A stretch of DNA of 64,000 nucleotides from the NCBI GenBank assembly GCA_964252035.1, contig OZ176202.1. One strand, 5' to 3'. This document shows, piece by piece, positions 26,610-38,010 of this stretch. The DNA is from Podarcis erhardii. Lineage: Eukaryota. The notes beneath the pieces were generated by a model. That model ran no database searches. It had not been told where the DNA came from and saw only the letters and a program-made list of their open reading frames with translations. The stretch's first letter is position 1. Each line of letters opens with the position of its first letter. The position numbers and the translations under genes were made by a program.

Positions 26610-27269
26610 GGGACTAAATCCCTTTGATTTAGTGGGACTTTATAACGGCATTTACCGATGTTTTTAGAGGTATCAGACAACTTGAAAATGAAATACAGAA
26701 TGACATAAAACCAATAGCAATTACAAAATTGAAAAGGCATTTGAACACAAATGGTAAGAGTACAGAAAGGCACAATAATCTGAGGTCAAACCCAGTGGAA
26801 CACAGATTTGGAAACATGAATAGACTTTCCTCACAGGTGGCACTTCACAAAGGACTTCCCACTGTTAGCCCCATGAACAGAACCAAGATAATAATGGAAA
26901 TCAGGGTTACAGTACATAAAATACGGAGAAAAAACAGAGATTGTGGGTGGGCAGAGTTGTTGGATTATACTGGCAAGATATCTCTCACACACACATATGT
27001 ATGTGTGTTATGTTACTTCTTTCCCTAGAAAAATGTTTGTGTTTCATCTGTGTCATTCTGAACGTTAACTTTCTCCAGAATTCTGTAAGAGACAGGTGCT
27101 GTATAAAAGACTAGGGTATATTTGCCCAAATTAATCTCACTCTTTGCTGGCTATATTCAGATGTAATTACTCTCAAACCCTGGAGCAGGGACACAGCAGT
27201 CCCCTTTCTCCTGCCAATTCCATAGATCACTCTGAAACCTGGGCACAGAAGAACATGGCCTAATGTTGA

Positions 27270-27580
27270 TCAGCTTGTGATGCATGGACAAGCTTTTTCA
27301 TTGGTGGCACCAGAATTCTGGAATGCACTTCCTGCTGAAATCTATATTGGCATGTCACCAGCTTTTGAAGATACACCTGATTACACAAGCATTATCTTGA
27401 TTTCTTGACCTGATTCTCTTGTTTTAATTGCTGTGCTGTTTTAATGTGATTGTTTTATTGCATATTTTAATTATGACATATCTTTAATTATTCTGTACTT
27501 TATCAATGTTGTACAATTGGTTTTAAGTTTTATAAACAACTTACAAACAACTTAGAAGTCATCAGGACCTTAAGCAGTAT
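27270..27580 (+). mobile_element. L2 LINE 3' end
   Basis: GACAAGCTTTTTCATTGGTGGCACCAGAATTCTGGAATGCACTTCC (FSxxAPxxWNxLP-like ORF2 end) followed by a T-rich 3' UTR. Confidence 0.65.
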
Positions 27581-27960
27581 ATCAATTAATAACAGTAATT
27601 AAAGACTATATTTCTTACATGGGATATTATATTTCTTACAATCTAGACTGGGCAAAATAAGTTTACTCTCTATCAGAACAGAGTAACATCACCAGACTGT
27701 CAGGCAGCAAAAAGCATGTATCACTCACTCTTAGTAATAAACAGGGGGAATCACCCATAGCTCCCATCCATCTAGTGTGCTGAACCAAGATGTAGTATAC
27801 ATCTAATTTACACCAAACTGTTAAACAGGAAGGAAACAGATAATTATTTATGATTCTGTGGTTTTGTTTTAACCGCAGTGGCACTTTCTCCAGCCACTGC
27901 AGCTTATGGGAATTGCTGCCAGTAATTGCCTGTTTCTCCTTGCAAGTGCCTACATGTCCA

Positions 27961-28134
27961 CATGCAGAAATGGGATTCTGCCTTCTCAACAGAACTTCAC
28001 TTTCTCTTCTTCTCTCATGCACCCCTCAAATCTGCTCTGGAGGATAGGGGACCCTCTGGAGCAGATTTCGTGAGGTATGAGGGGGAGAAGGGGAAATTCA
28101 GTTGTGTGAGCAGAGCAGAAGTCAGCTCACATGA
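27961..28134. repeat. Palindromic foldback MITE-like element
   Basis: Core stem AAATCTGCTCTGGAGG / CCTCTGGAGCAGATTT (28028-28068), with weaker pairing of the CT-rich and GA-rich outer arms. Confidence 0.7.
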
Positions 28135-28921
28135 TATCTATTCTTATATATGGTATGAAAGCTCTGTGCACTAGTTCCCAGACTTTGCACTAGTTCCCAG
28201 ACTTCTGACCCTTTCCCCTTATTTTAATTATTATTTTTAAAGCAAACTTTGTTCACAGGGCAGCAGGGCAGGCTGCAGCACTAGTAAAAACTCCTGGACA
28301 CCTGCTATGTCCCAGGCTTTAGCATCATATTCCCATCTTTAAAATAGACTAATTTTCCTAGGTTATCTGCTTTGTACATCCAGTATTTTCCTGCACATCT
28401 GGTATTCTTTTAATCTGGGGTTGCCAGGTATTATGTGTGGATGGCACTGAGTTTTTAAAACAACATGTAAGCATATGTGTATGTGTGAAACAGAGATAAG
28501 TTGTTGTTTGCGCATTTAAGTCCCAAGGTATGGTCTGGTCATTAATTTGCTGAAACTAAGCTAGTTAGTGCCTCAGTGGAAAATTGCTTGGAAACCACAT
28601 TTATGTACCTTGGGCTCTATTACTGAAGGAAGGCAGAACAGGAGAAAAAATATAAGCAAACACCTGCTCTTACCAATAGATTACAGATAGGCCAGAGGGC
28701 ATAATACAGTATACATTGCCCAGAAAATCCTCATGGCACCCCCATAACTCAGAATAAGCCCTGTCAGCAACCCCAGCATTTATTCCCCCCCCTCTGAAAG
28801 TCTATTTAAATTTGCTTCTATGCATATAAATAGGCATATGTTAATTTTATTCAAATTTGTGCCATAGGACTGTGTCCCAAGTCCTTTAACTACCTATCAA
28901 CACACCTGGCAGAAACCCTAC

Positions 28922-29055
28922 CTCACTTGTTCTGAACACTACACGGTAGTTGAACTGTGAACCTTCTTTCTCTTTTGCATCTTCAAACTTCTCCCTTCTG
29001 ATGCTGACTGCTACTGGTCCTAAATTTTCATCTGTTCCAAAGTAGTTTTGATGCT
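28922..29055 (-). CDS. SIPA1L2: SIPA1L2 coding exon 2 ([45 protein letters not shown]), 134 nt
   Basis: Translated by hand; not in the ORF track. Acceptor caacAG, donor GAG|GTAGGG. Phase 1 to 0, continuous with both neighbours. Confidence 0.96.
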
Positions 29056-30059
29056 CTGTTGTACATAAAGAGGAGAAGACAATAATGAAATATTAGACTG
29101 ACAAATTCCTGTTCGTTTGTCAGATAAATGTTACTGGTTGAGATTGGAAAGTCCCTTAGACCTATTTGTTTACACTTTTATTATGTCTTATGTGCAGGCA
29201 GGACAACGAACCTAAAAGCATAATAAGTGTATTGCAAGTTAGGACATCTGTTCAGCATAGATCTGTATTGTAGCTGAAAACTGTTAGCCATTTTAAAAAA
29301 TGCAAATAACTAAAATATTTTTTCATACACACTAGTTTATGACCCACTCTGCAGCATATGGGATGCCAGAGCAATACTTTGTTAGAAATTTGTCTTATAT
29401 ATTTTGGCACACATGAAATTATGGCAATCCACAGATCAGGTTCTCTTAAAACAAGATTTCCCCACCTTCCAAATGAGGCAACTGTAATTTCAACTATATT
29501 AGAAGTAAATTAACTCTCTTTTGCAGGAAAATTCACATTTCTAAATGCACACACAAAGTACTATCCAACCTAAGTTAAGCATATTTAAACCCTATTGATT
29601 TAAGGTGGGGGGTAGGGAGCTTCCAAACTGTGTGCCAAACTATAATTAAGATTAATAATTAATTATAATTAAGATTAATAAATAAAATTTCCCCATCTGG
29701 CCCACTAGCTCCTGACAGTTTCTTTGCTGGAGCAAGGCATGCTCCCAATCATGTAGCATGTGATGGTAAGCAGGAGTGTGCCTTGCTCAAAGAGGAAAAA
29801 GCAGTTTCCATCCAATGAAAGCCAACTCTCGCTACCAGCACTGCTCTTTGAAGCTGCCCCATGTTGTTCCTTTCCACCTCACACATCAGGGGTGGAAAGA
29901 TGCAGCAAAGAGAGGCTTGCAAAGCAGAGAGCTGGCAACACTGCTTGCACTGTAGTTCCCAAGCTTGGGAACACCAAGCAAGGGATTCGGACAGGTAGGT
30001 GGGACAATCCACCCATCAGTCTTCTGATGTCATAATACTGACATGTGACTGGCAGGTGA

Positions 30060-30260
30060 GTTGCCCTGATGGATCATGCCCGTGGCCCATCTAGTTCAGC
30101 AGCTTGTTCTCACAGTGGCCAACGAGGTACCCATTGATAGCCCGAAAACAAGAGCTGAGTACAAGAGAACTCTGCCCTGCCCACTGTGGTTTCCAGCAAC
30201 TGGTATTCAGAAGCATACTGCCTATGGCCGTGGACGCAGAGTAAGGAAGAAAATCAAGCA
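30060..30260 (-). mobile_element. CR1 3'-end fragment
   Basis: GGATCATGCCCGTGGCCCATCTAGTTCAGCAGCTTGTTCTCACAGTGGCCAAC...TTTCCAGCAACTGGTATTCAGAAGCATACTGCC resembles the 3' end of the element at about 41 kb. Confidence 0.7.
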
Positions 30261-30945
30261 CATCATTAATATCCTCATTGAAGTCAGTGGTATTTCAATG
30301 TCCTTAACTCTGGCTGGATTGTGCTTGCAATATTTATTTAGAAAGGAATCCAAACTTCCCTTCCTCCCCAGCAGCAGACGTTTGGTGCAGTGGGGCAACC
30401 TGGAGCTGGGGAAGAGTGTAGAGCCAATGCCCCACTCCGACATTTAGAGGACAAAAAGGGGGAGCACCACAACAGTAGAATGATTCTGGTGTCTCTCTCC
30501 AGGCACTGGCCATTGGGAAGATGACAAAGCTGGTGAAGGAACACTTCTGCCCAGTCCTATTCACCCACCCCCATCTGATGCAAAGTGGGGGTTTGATTGC
30601 TCTACCAGATTCTTAAAAATATTCTGTGTCAAAAGACATTTTATTGCTATCCAATGTTCCTTTGATATTGATATTTTTAGACGCAAGTGTTTTAGTAACT
30701 AAGTTCTTATTCAGCACCCTACGGCACTAGAAAGACTAAAAAAATGTATTATGGCATAAGCTTTTGTGGACTATAGTCTTCTTCATCAGATGCATGAAGT
30801 GTTTCCCTGAGCTGCAGGTATATATACAACTCAGCAAAACACATCACAAATTTGATGAAGAGGACTGTCTGTTTTTCTTGAATAGTAGTCAAATAAGTCA
30901 TACATGCACCTTGCCTTTAAAACAGAGACAGTGCCAAGAACTGTA

Positions 30946-31179
30946 CAGTGGTACCTCAGGTTAAGTACTTAATTCGTTCCGGAGGTCCGTTCTTAACCTG
31001 AAACTGTTCTTAACCTGAAGCACCACTTTAGCTAATGGGGCCTCCCGCTGCTGCCGGAGCACGATTTCTGTTCTCATCCTGAAGCAAAGTTCTTAACCCG
31101 AGGTACTATTTCTGGATTAGCGGAGTCTGTAACCTGAAGCCTATGTAATCTGAAGCGTATGTAATCTGAGGTACCACTG
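30946..31179. mobile_element. Tc1/mariner (Tigger-like) MITE, 234 bp
   Basis: TIRs CAGTGGTACCTCAGGTTA / TAATCTGAGGTACCACTG, TA TSDs at 30944-30945 and 31180-31181, and internal TAACCTGAA repeats. Confidence 0.92.
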
Positions 31180-32727
31180 TACTGATATGGCATTCAAAGG
31201 ATAAAGAAGTGAAACATTCCACTGGACTATGGCAAGCCCCTTGCATCAACCTTCATAGCTCTTTGAAACCAAGGCTTAGTTCTCTACACAGAGGGCTCCT
31301 TACAACTCATATTTATCATCATAGTAATGCCATTAATAAGGTGAGCCTGATTAGCATCTAGCCTTCTGGCTAAACAGAATTCTTATTTGCATCTTCCAAG
31401 CCCCCTCAAAATATGGTCAAAACCTATGTGTATTCAAAACTAGCTAACAACCTTTTAAGTTTGATGAGAAGGGTAGGAGATGTTAAGTTCTAATCCTTCC
31501 TGCAACCTATTTTTCCTACTCTGATTGAATGACTGAGGGAGGACACTGAGACTTTTGGGTGAGACAGAACAAGGGATGCAAATCCTCCCACTCCCTCAAA
31601 CCCTACATGTTAAGGAGACGTGCAGACAGAATGGGAGCTCTACATTGCCTAGAGCCTCCTAAAATATATTCCTGGGATAGGACTAAAGAGAAGGGGAGAA
31701 GAAGCTGTTCAGAGGAAGGGGGTTGAATATTGCTTCACCTATTAGATTCCTCATGGTAGAAGTTGGGATACCCACTGTCTGCAGGTTTTGCCCACTTTAT
31801 TTTTTTCTTACACAAAGTGAATAGCTGCTATTCACTTATATGGAAGTAAGAGATGACATACATGGATGAGCACAGTTCTTAAGAGGATAGTTAAACTGAT
31901 AGTGCAGTAAATGTCATTGTGACTATTTTCATAGACTAGTCAAATGTGCTTTAACTGACATTTCATAACTGACAAGTCTGTATACATAGTTTCTATTAAG
32001 ATAGTAGGTTTTAGTTTACACAAATTATATTCCAAAACAATTTTAAAAAAATAAATAAATAGTCGCAATGGGTCTAAAATAAAGAATTCCCACATTTTTG
32101 GAAGGTGGACAGACAGAATTTTCTTTTTGCCAAATCTATTTATACACACGCAAGTCACCAAATCAAGCAATTATTTGTTTAATAACAAATAATCTGAATA
32201 TATTGTCCTTCTAGCTTTGCCTTCACTGGCAGTAGGACTGGGAAATTTCATCCCCATTTCTTCTTTGAACTTACCGATACCTCAAGAGTACTCACAGAAC
32301 CTTACTTTTCCATTTTTTGAATTTTAAATGTTTTTCCTCTACTTACTGTTTTATATTTTCCATTTTGAATTGTTGCTTTTAGCCTATGATTGCACATTTT
32401 AATTAAAGATTTTATTTTGAAATTTTGGTAGCTGTCATGGAAACCTACTTGAAGCACGGGGCAAATATGGCTAAAACTAATAAAAAGTATTTACTAGTTA
32501 CTTTACAGTCTTGCTTGAGTACCTTTCTCAAACCTGTCCTCCTTTGATGAGTCCTAACTGATACATCATTTTCTGGTGCATTCCTTTTGTCCTTCAGAGT
32601 TCACACAGCTCAAATTCTCTTAGGCTGTGAGTAAATGTCATTGAACTCAATAGGACTTACTTCTAGAAAACATTAAATAATCCTGCTGTTATTCCTTCAG
32701 CTATTTCCAAACCTTCCTGTGCTTTTA

Positions 32728-32850
32728 GTGTACTGTCTACCTGGCTGAACTACTACCTCCCTTTCTGAGCTGATGGAGGTAATCTTGGCTGTGGTGTTGG
32801 AGAGCCCTTTTACAGCAATGTTGGAAGACTTCAACATCCATGCTGAGGCT
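32728..32850 (+). mobile_element. L2 LINE AP-endonuclease fragment (pseudogenised)
   Basis: Translates as VYCLPG*TTTSLSELMEVILAVVLESPFTAMLEDFNIHAEA, matching the APE motifs VYRPP...GDFN, with a stop codon. Confidence 0.7.
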
Positions 32851-33107
32851 GTCTCCAGTGGGCAGGCTCGCGCCTTCAAGGTTCAAAATAGCTTCAGTTT
32901 CCTGTGAGAGGCTTATAGCATTGTATCTTGTCTGGTCCAGAGGGACCCTAGAAGCTTTCAATCTCCCATGGGGTTTCTGTCTACATTCTGTTGTCCATCA
33001 CAGAGGAAGAAGGATCATGTTCTTAATGTATTTCACCTAACACCACATACCATGAATAAGAATCAACATTAAAAGTTACTTCATAGTCCATATATACCAT
33101 ACAGACA

Positions 33108-33462
33108 GGAACGCGGGTGGCGCTGTGGGTTAAACCACAGAGCCTAGGACTTGCCGATCAGAAGGTCGGCGGTTCAAATCCCCGTGATGGGGTGAGCTCC
33201 CATTGCTCAGTCCCAGCTCCTGCCAACCTAGCATTTCGAAAGCACGTCAAAGTGCAAGTAGATAAATAGGTACCGCTCCAGCGGGAAGGTAAACGGCATT
33301 TCCGTGCGCTGCTCTGGTTCGCCAGAAGCGACTTAGTCATGCTGGCTACATGACCCAGAAGCTATACGCCGGCTCCCTCAGTCAATAAAGCGAGATGAGC
33401 GCCGCAACCCCAGAGTCAGCCATGACTGGACCTAATGGTCAGGGGTCCCTTTACCTTTTTAC
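33108..33462 (+). mobile_element. Full-length Sauria SINE
   Basis: tRNA-like head (GGAACGCGGGTGGCGCTGTGGGTTAAACC...GGTTCAAATCCC), characteristic body and CCTTTACCTTTTTAC tail. Degenerate TSD ataccatacagac (33094-33106) / atagcatacaaac (33463-33475). Many CpGs are retained, so it is probably young. Confidence 0.92.
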
Positions 33463-34975
33463 ATAGCATACAAACATTTAATAATAAATAAAAATATCTG
33501 CTTCCACTTAAAGCTAGGTAGAGGCAGGTATTTATTATATAGCTAAATTTTACCACACTTTGTTTTAAAACCCAGATTTTGTCCAATCCTCAAAGCAGCA
33601 GCCCCCTAATACATATTTTAGACAATTACAATTCTGCATTGTAGCTTTTGTAAATATGAAACTAGTAAGAATGGCACCTAAACTTTGAGAAAATAGTTTG
33701 AATATTTTTATAAATATGCTCAGAAACAAAGAAACAGCATGTGTATGCACATGCACAACATACTACTGAATGACTCTTAACAACAAGAATACACTCAGGG
33801 GAATACGGTACACTCATTGTACCAAAACTAGGTGGAAGATGGTCAAATGCATTGAACGCTTTATATCAAATATGGTTTAATGCTTTTTTTTTTACCCAAA
33901 GCAATTCCTCGAAGGGCCACATGCCAGTGGCTGACATGGCCAATGCATGTCAATGTGAACACACGTTCCCAGAAAAACACTGTACATACAGCACACTCAG
34001 ATCCTCCCTGCCCCCATAACACATTCCTTAGATATGTGGGCACACAGCCCACAAACATGCTCTCACAAAATACACAGGGACAGATATGCACGTGTACACA
34101 TTTTAACCCTCTCCACTCAAATGCTGGGGTAGGTGGAAATGCTGCCATTTATTCTTAAAGAGCAGGTACCAGACTCTTTCTCTGATCTTGAGTGTTCTGC
34201 TGCTTAGCACCAAGACTGAAGATAAAATCTCTCTCCCTCCCCTTTAGAAAAGATCTTTAGAGAAGAGTTCGTTCTTTAAAGAGTAGATAGAGCTCTATCT
34301 CCTGATCAGATTGAGAGATAAAGTTGGAGGTGCTGGCACTACTTTCCTGTGCCTTGGTGGGCCAGATCCAGACCATGGGTTAATCACACTTTATGCACTT
34401 TATAAAGTTAAAATGCAGCATTTTGAATATTTTTAAATGTATCTGTAGCAATATTAAACCCTTGTTTGCACTAAGTATAGAATTTAAAACTCATCACATC
34501 ACCCTCACATGTATTAGGCGCTTATGAAATTAGCTAGTTTATTTGTATAAAATACTAGTTAGAGAATAAGAGCATATCACTTATGGCATTTTGGTGGAAG
34601 ACAGTTTTTTGTACTTGTAAACAATGATGCTGCAACCTCTGACAGTGCGATACTCTCCTAGAGAATATTTCTCACAGTCCTCCTTTAATCTTGTAGTTTA
34701 GAATAGGAGACCAGATTATGGTTTTCATTAAAGATGTCAAAGCATATGTAAGAATATGACACCAAATTCAAAGAAACACAACCCCAATCATTAATATTAA
34801 ATAAGTAGGTTGGGGCTTTCAATACTTTAAGGATGGCCATAATGATGCCCTCCAAGACACACATTAAAAAAGCAGAGCTACATTTAGATATTTTCACATC
34901 TCACAACACTACCCACAAGTTCAGCAAATGTTATGAAACCTTTGGGAGCAAGAGATTCCAGAAAAAATTGCTTAC

Positions 34976-36434
34976 CTTTTCCATAGAAAAACTTTCTATA
35001 ATAATATGCACCAAGATCAATGTGCTCGATGATATAACGTTTCACTTTCTCCCTGTGGATTGGTTGATTCTCCCTGGGTACTTCCAGCACCGAAACACCG
35101 GCATTCGTGCAATGTGAACTTAGCGAAGACTCAAAAGAACAACTATCTCCTGCACAAAAAGAGGCTGAGCTTGCCCTAGAGAGTGCAATCCGCCTATCAC
35201 CTTCCCCACCAGTTTCATTCCTGAAATACGGACAGTTCAGTACTAGGTCATTACTTTTCCCATCACCTTCATCAGCATCTAAGTTCTCTTTTGAATTGAG
35301 ATCCTCTTTACTCCCCATAGGAGATTCACAGCTTCCAAGCTGTCCGGCTACTGTTGAAGTTTGTGATGCAGCAGATGCCCCAGTGGTTATATTTTTTCTT
35401 TTCCCCACGTTAATTCTGGTAACCATTGCTTCATTAATGTTAAACAGAATGCTCTGGACATCATAATGTGCAAAACACTTCTGACAATTCCAAGGATGAA
35501 CATTTTTATCAAGTCTACTTTCTTCTAGTTCAGATGAGAATTTAAGAGTTTCATGTTCACTTTTAGCAGTCCGCAATTTTCTAAAGAGTGACGTTTCTAC
35601 AGATTCTGACTTCAATCTCCATTTGAAAGATTTGTCCCGGTCTCTGCCAATTAGCAGGGCACTATCCATGTAGTCAAGTCCAGAAATTCTTACAAATTCT
35701 CCTCTGGAAATCTGTGCTGCAGCATGGAGACTTGGAGAAATTGTCGGATCGCAGTGAAAAAATTCAGGAAATCCAAATGGCATGTGTGTTTTATGCTCAA
35801 AGTTTTCCACCCTGTAGCCTCGAAGCATTGCAAAAAAATTCTCACCAGATAAACCTTGTCTGTCAATTGATGAAGTGCTTCCATATTCCCTATGGAGAGA
35901 TGCTCCTGTATTTGGATTAACAGCATTCTGGTCTAGTACATCCTCTGTGTCAATGTCACTGATTGTAACATCACTGTTGCTTCTTTGTCTTATAGGGTGA
36001 AGCCCTCTGTGTGGTGAATGGAGAAAAATGTCTCCTAATGCATACTTTGCCTCTGCAAATTCTATATCAAGGGGTTCTTTTTGCTGCCCCTCATTCTGGT
36101 CACCATTTGCTGACCCAGCACCGTCATAACTAACTTGAGGTCTACTTTCCCATGTAGCTTTGCTTAATTCCTTGGTACAATCTTTCTTAGGAGGCCATTC
36201 AGATACTCTGGCTCGGACACCCATCTTAGGCACAGCTGGGGTACCATTGGCTGGGTTGCTGCTTTCACCTTTGTTGGTTGCGCTTAAAGAAGAAGGGGGG
36301 CCCATATTACCATTTAGAGCCTTAAATTTTCTTGCAAAATAGTCATCAGACTGCATAATTCTTGCTGATTCCTTAAACTTTAAGGAAGTTCTGCTGGATT
36401 TGTGTTTTTCTTCCTGTGGTGTGTGATCACTCAT
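34976..36434 (-). CDS. SIPA1L2: SIPA1L2 coding exon 1 (N-terminal region, MSDHTPQEEKHK...YYYRKFFYGK), 1459 nt coding part of a 1692-nt exon (36667-34976)
   Basis: Translation closely matches remembered vertebrate SIPA1L2 (MQSDDYFARKFK, VPKMGVRARVSEWPPKK, HPIRQRSNSDVTISDID, HCTNAGVSVLEVPRE). ATG at 36434-36432. Donor AAG|GTAAGC at 34975, phase 1. Acceptor ttttggttgacAG at 36669-36668. Confidence 0.97.
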
Positions 36435-36667
36435 ATCCAAGCAATGGGAAGGGAATGCAAAGCCTTATCTTCATGAGCAGTGCTGTTGGCCTGACATTTC
36501 CATTATTTATGAAGTGAGGTAAGAAAGAGTTACAGTGTCTGTGCGTATCAAAAGATCTTTCAGGTTGCCATTCCAGAAGGTAGTTCAGTAGGACTCATTT
36601 CTGGGTCTGCATTTTATAACTTCGGATCAAGATCAAGTTGATAGCAGTTCACTTTTACTCCACATAC
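36435..36667 (-). other. SIPA1L2: 5' UTR portion of the first coding exon of SIPA1L2
   Basis: The strong polypyrimidine acceptor ttcttcttcccttttggttgacAG ends at 36668, 233 nt upstream of the ATG. There is no transcript evidence. Confidence 0.75.
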
Positions 36668-37861
36668 CTGTCAACCAAAAGGGAAGAAGAAATCAATTAA
36701 CACATAGTCTATTCAAAATATAGAGCCTTACTCTAAAACACCACCAGCATCAGAACCATCTCCTATACATAAGAAATCAATTTAACAAAGAAGAAATCCA
36801 TTTGGACTGATTTATGTCCCAATATGACACATTCAAAATTATAAAAAGGTATAGACAATTATCTTCCATATGAGGGTACCGCAATATTGGCCCTTCTAGC
36901 TGTGACAAGCTGCCATATCATGAGTTTAGTAGCCCTGAGGCAACTTTGTATATTCAGCTATTTGTAGTTCAAAATGCACATTTTAGAGAGCACTACAATA
37001 ATCTTTTAGTAGTAGCATAAGGGTGGGATACAACAGAACAAACTTTAAAGAAATATCCAATCACTTATATTTCAGACAAACCAGGTTTGCACATCACAAT
37101 AAACCAAACCTTGGCTTAACACGACTGCTCAAGCTGCAGTATGTGGCTAGTGACAAAGAGAGCTTAACCATGATTTTCCAAATCCTGTAAAGAAGGCTGA
37201 CACTGCAGAGACTTCAGTTAACTACAGTTATTTGTAGCTACATCCTTTGCTTCTCATTCTGTAGCTAATGTTATTTATGAATGAAAGTATGCCTTGGGAG
37301 AAGTCACTGTGGCCTCCAGCTCCTCCGCAGATGTGCTTCCCAAAGCCAGTTTCCAGAAGTCCCACAACGGAAGGAGAAAAAGAGTGGTGACGCACAGGGG
37401 CAAGGAAGACTTTGCTTCTGTTTTTTGGTCCTACGCTCTGGTGTGAGCCAACTGACTCGCACCACAGGAAGATGAAAAAACATCCATCTTTTGGTCCCAT
37501 GTTCTGGCAGGGCCAGAGCACGGAAGCCAGAATGGGACATCCAGGATTGGGATCAGAAGCCAGGGCGGCTTCTGTCAATCCAGGATGTCTCGCTTAAAAT
37601 GGGACAGTTGCACCATATATGATTCAGGGAAGGAGAATACAAACTTTTGATTTTTAAATCCCAGTCCATTTCTTATGAAAATGTCTAAAAAAGACTTTTT
37701 GCTAGTCTTCTCCAACATTTCAGAAGCATTATGTACTACAAAAGTATACATATAAAACTACCTGCAGCTAAGAAGTTTTGTAATGTACATAGTCTTCTTG
37801 CATCATTAGCAGAGGAAGCTACTATATTGCTCAGCTTGAAGGAATACCAAATGACCTTCAG

Positions 37862-38010
37862 ACACAATGCTAAGGCAAACCATGGCTTAGATCTGGGTGA
37901 CATGGTGGCAGCAGAACTAAGGAAGGAGCAATACAGCTGCAACCTTTAGCCTGGAAATATGCACATTTAGTTGTTTGCACTAAATCATGTTTTGGCTTAG
38001 CATTATGTGT
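37862..38010. repeat. Short foldback element of the AAACCATGG(C/T)TTAG family
   Basis: CACAATGCTAAGGCAAACCATGGCTTAG pairs with CTAAATCATGTTTTGGCTTAGCATTATGTG. Confidence 0.7.

Noticed and set aside
34884-34975. ORF-track extension GKQFFLESLAPKGF... after FFYGK
   Set aside because: This is read-through into the intron past the canonical AAG|GTAAGC donor. The true frame continues in the exon at 29055.
36435-36440. ORF-track start at 36440 giving MDMSDH...
   Set aside because: The codon is TTG, not ATG. The homologous start is the ATG at 36434 (MSD...).
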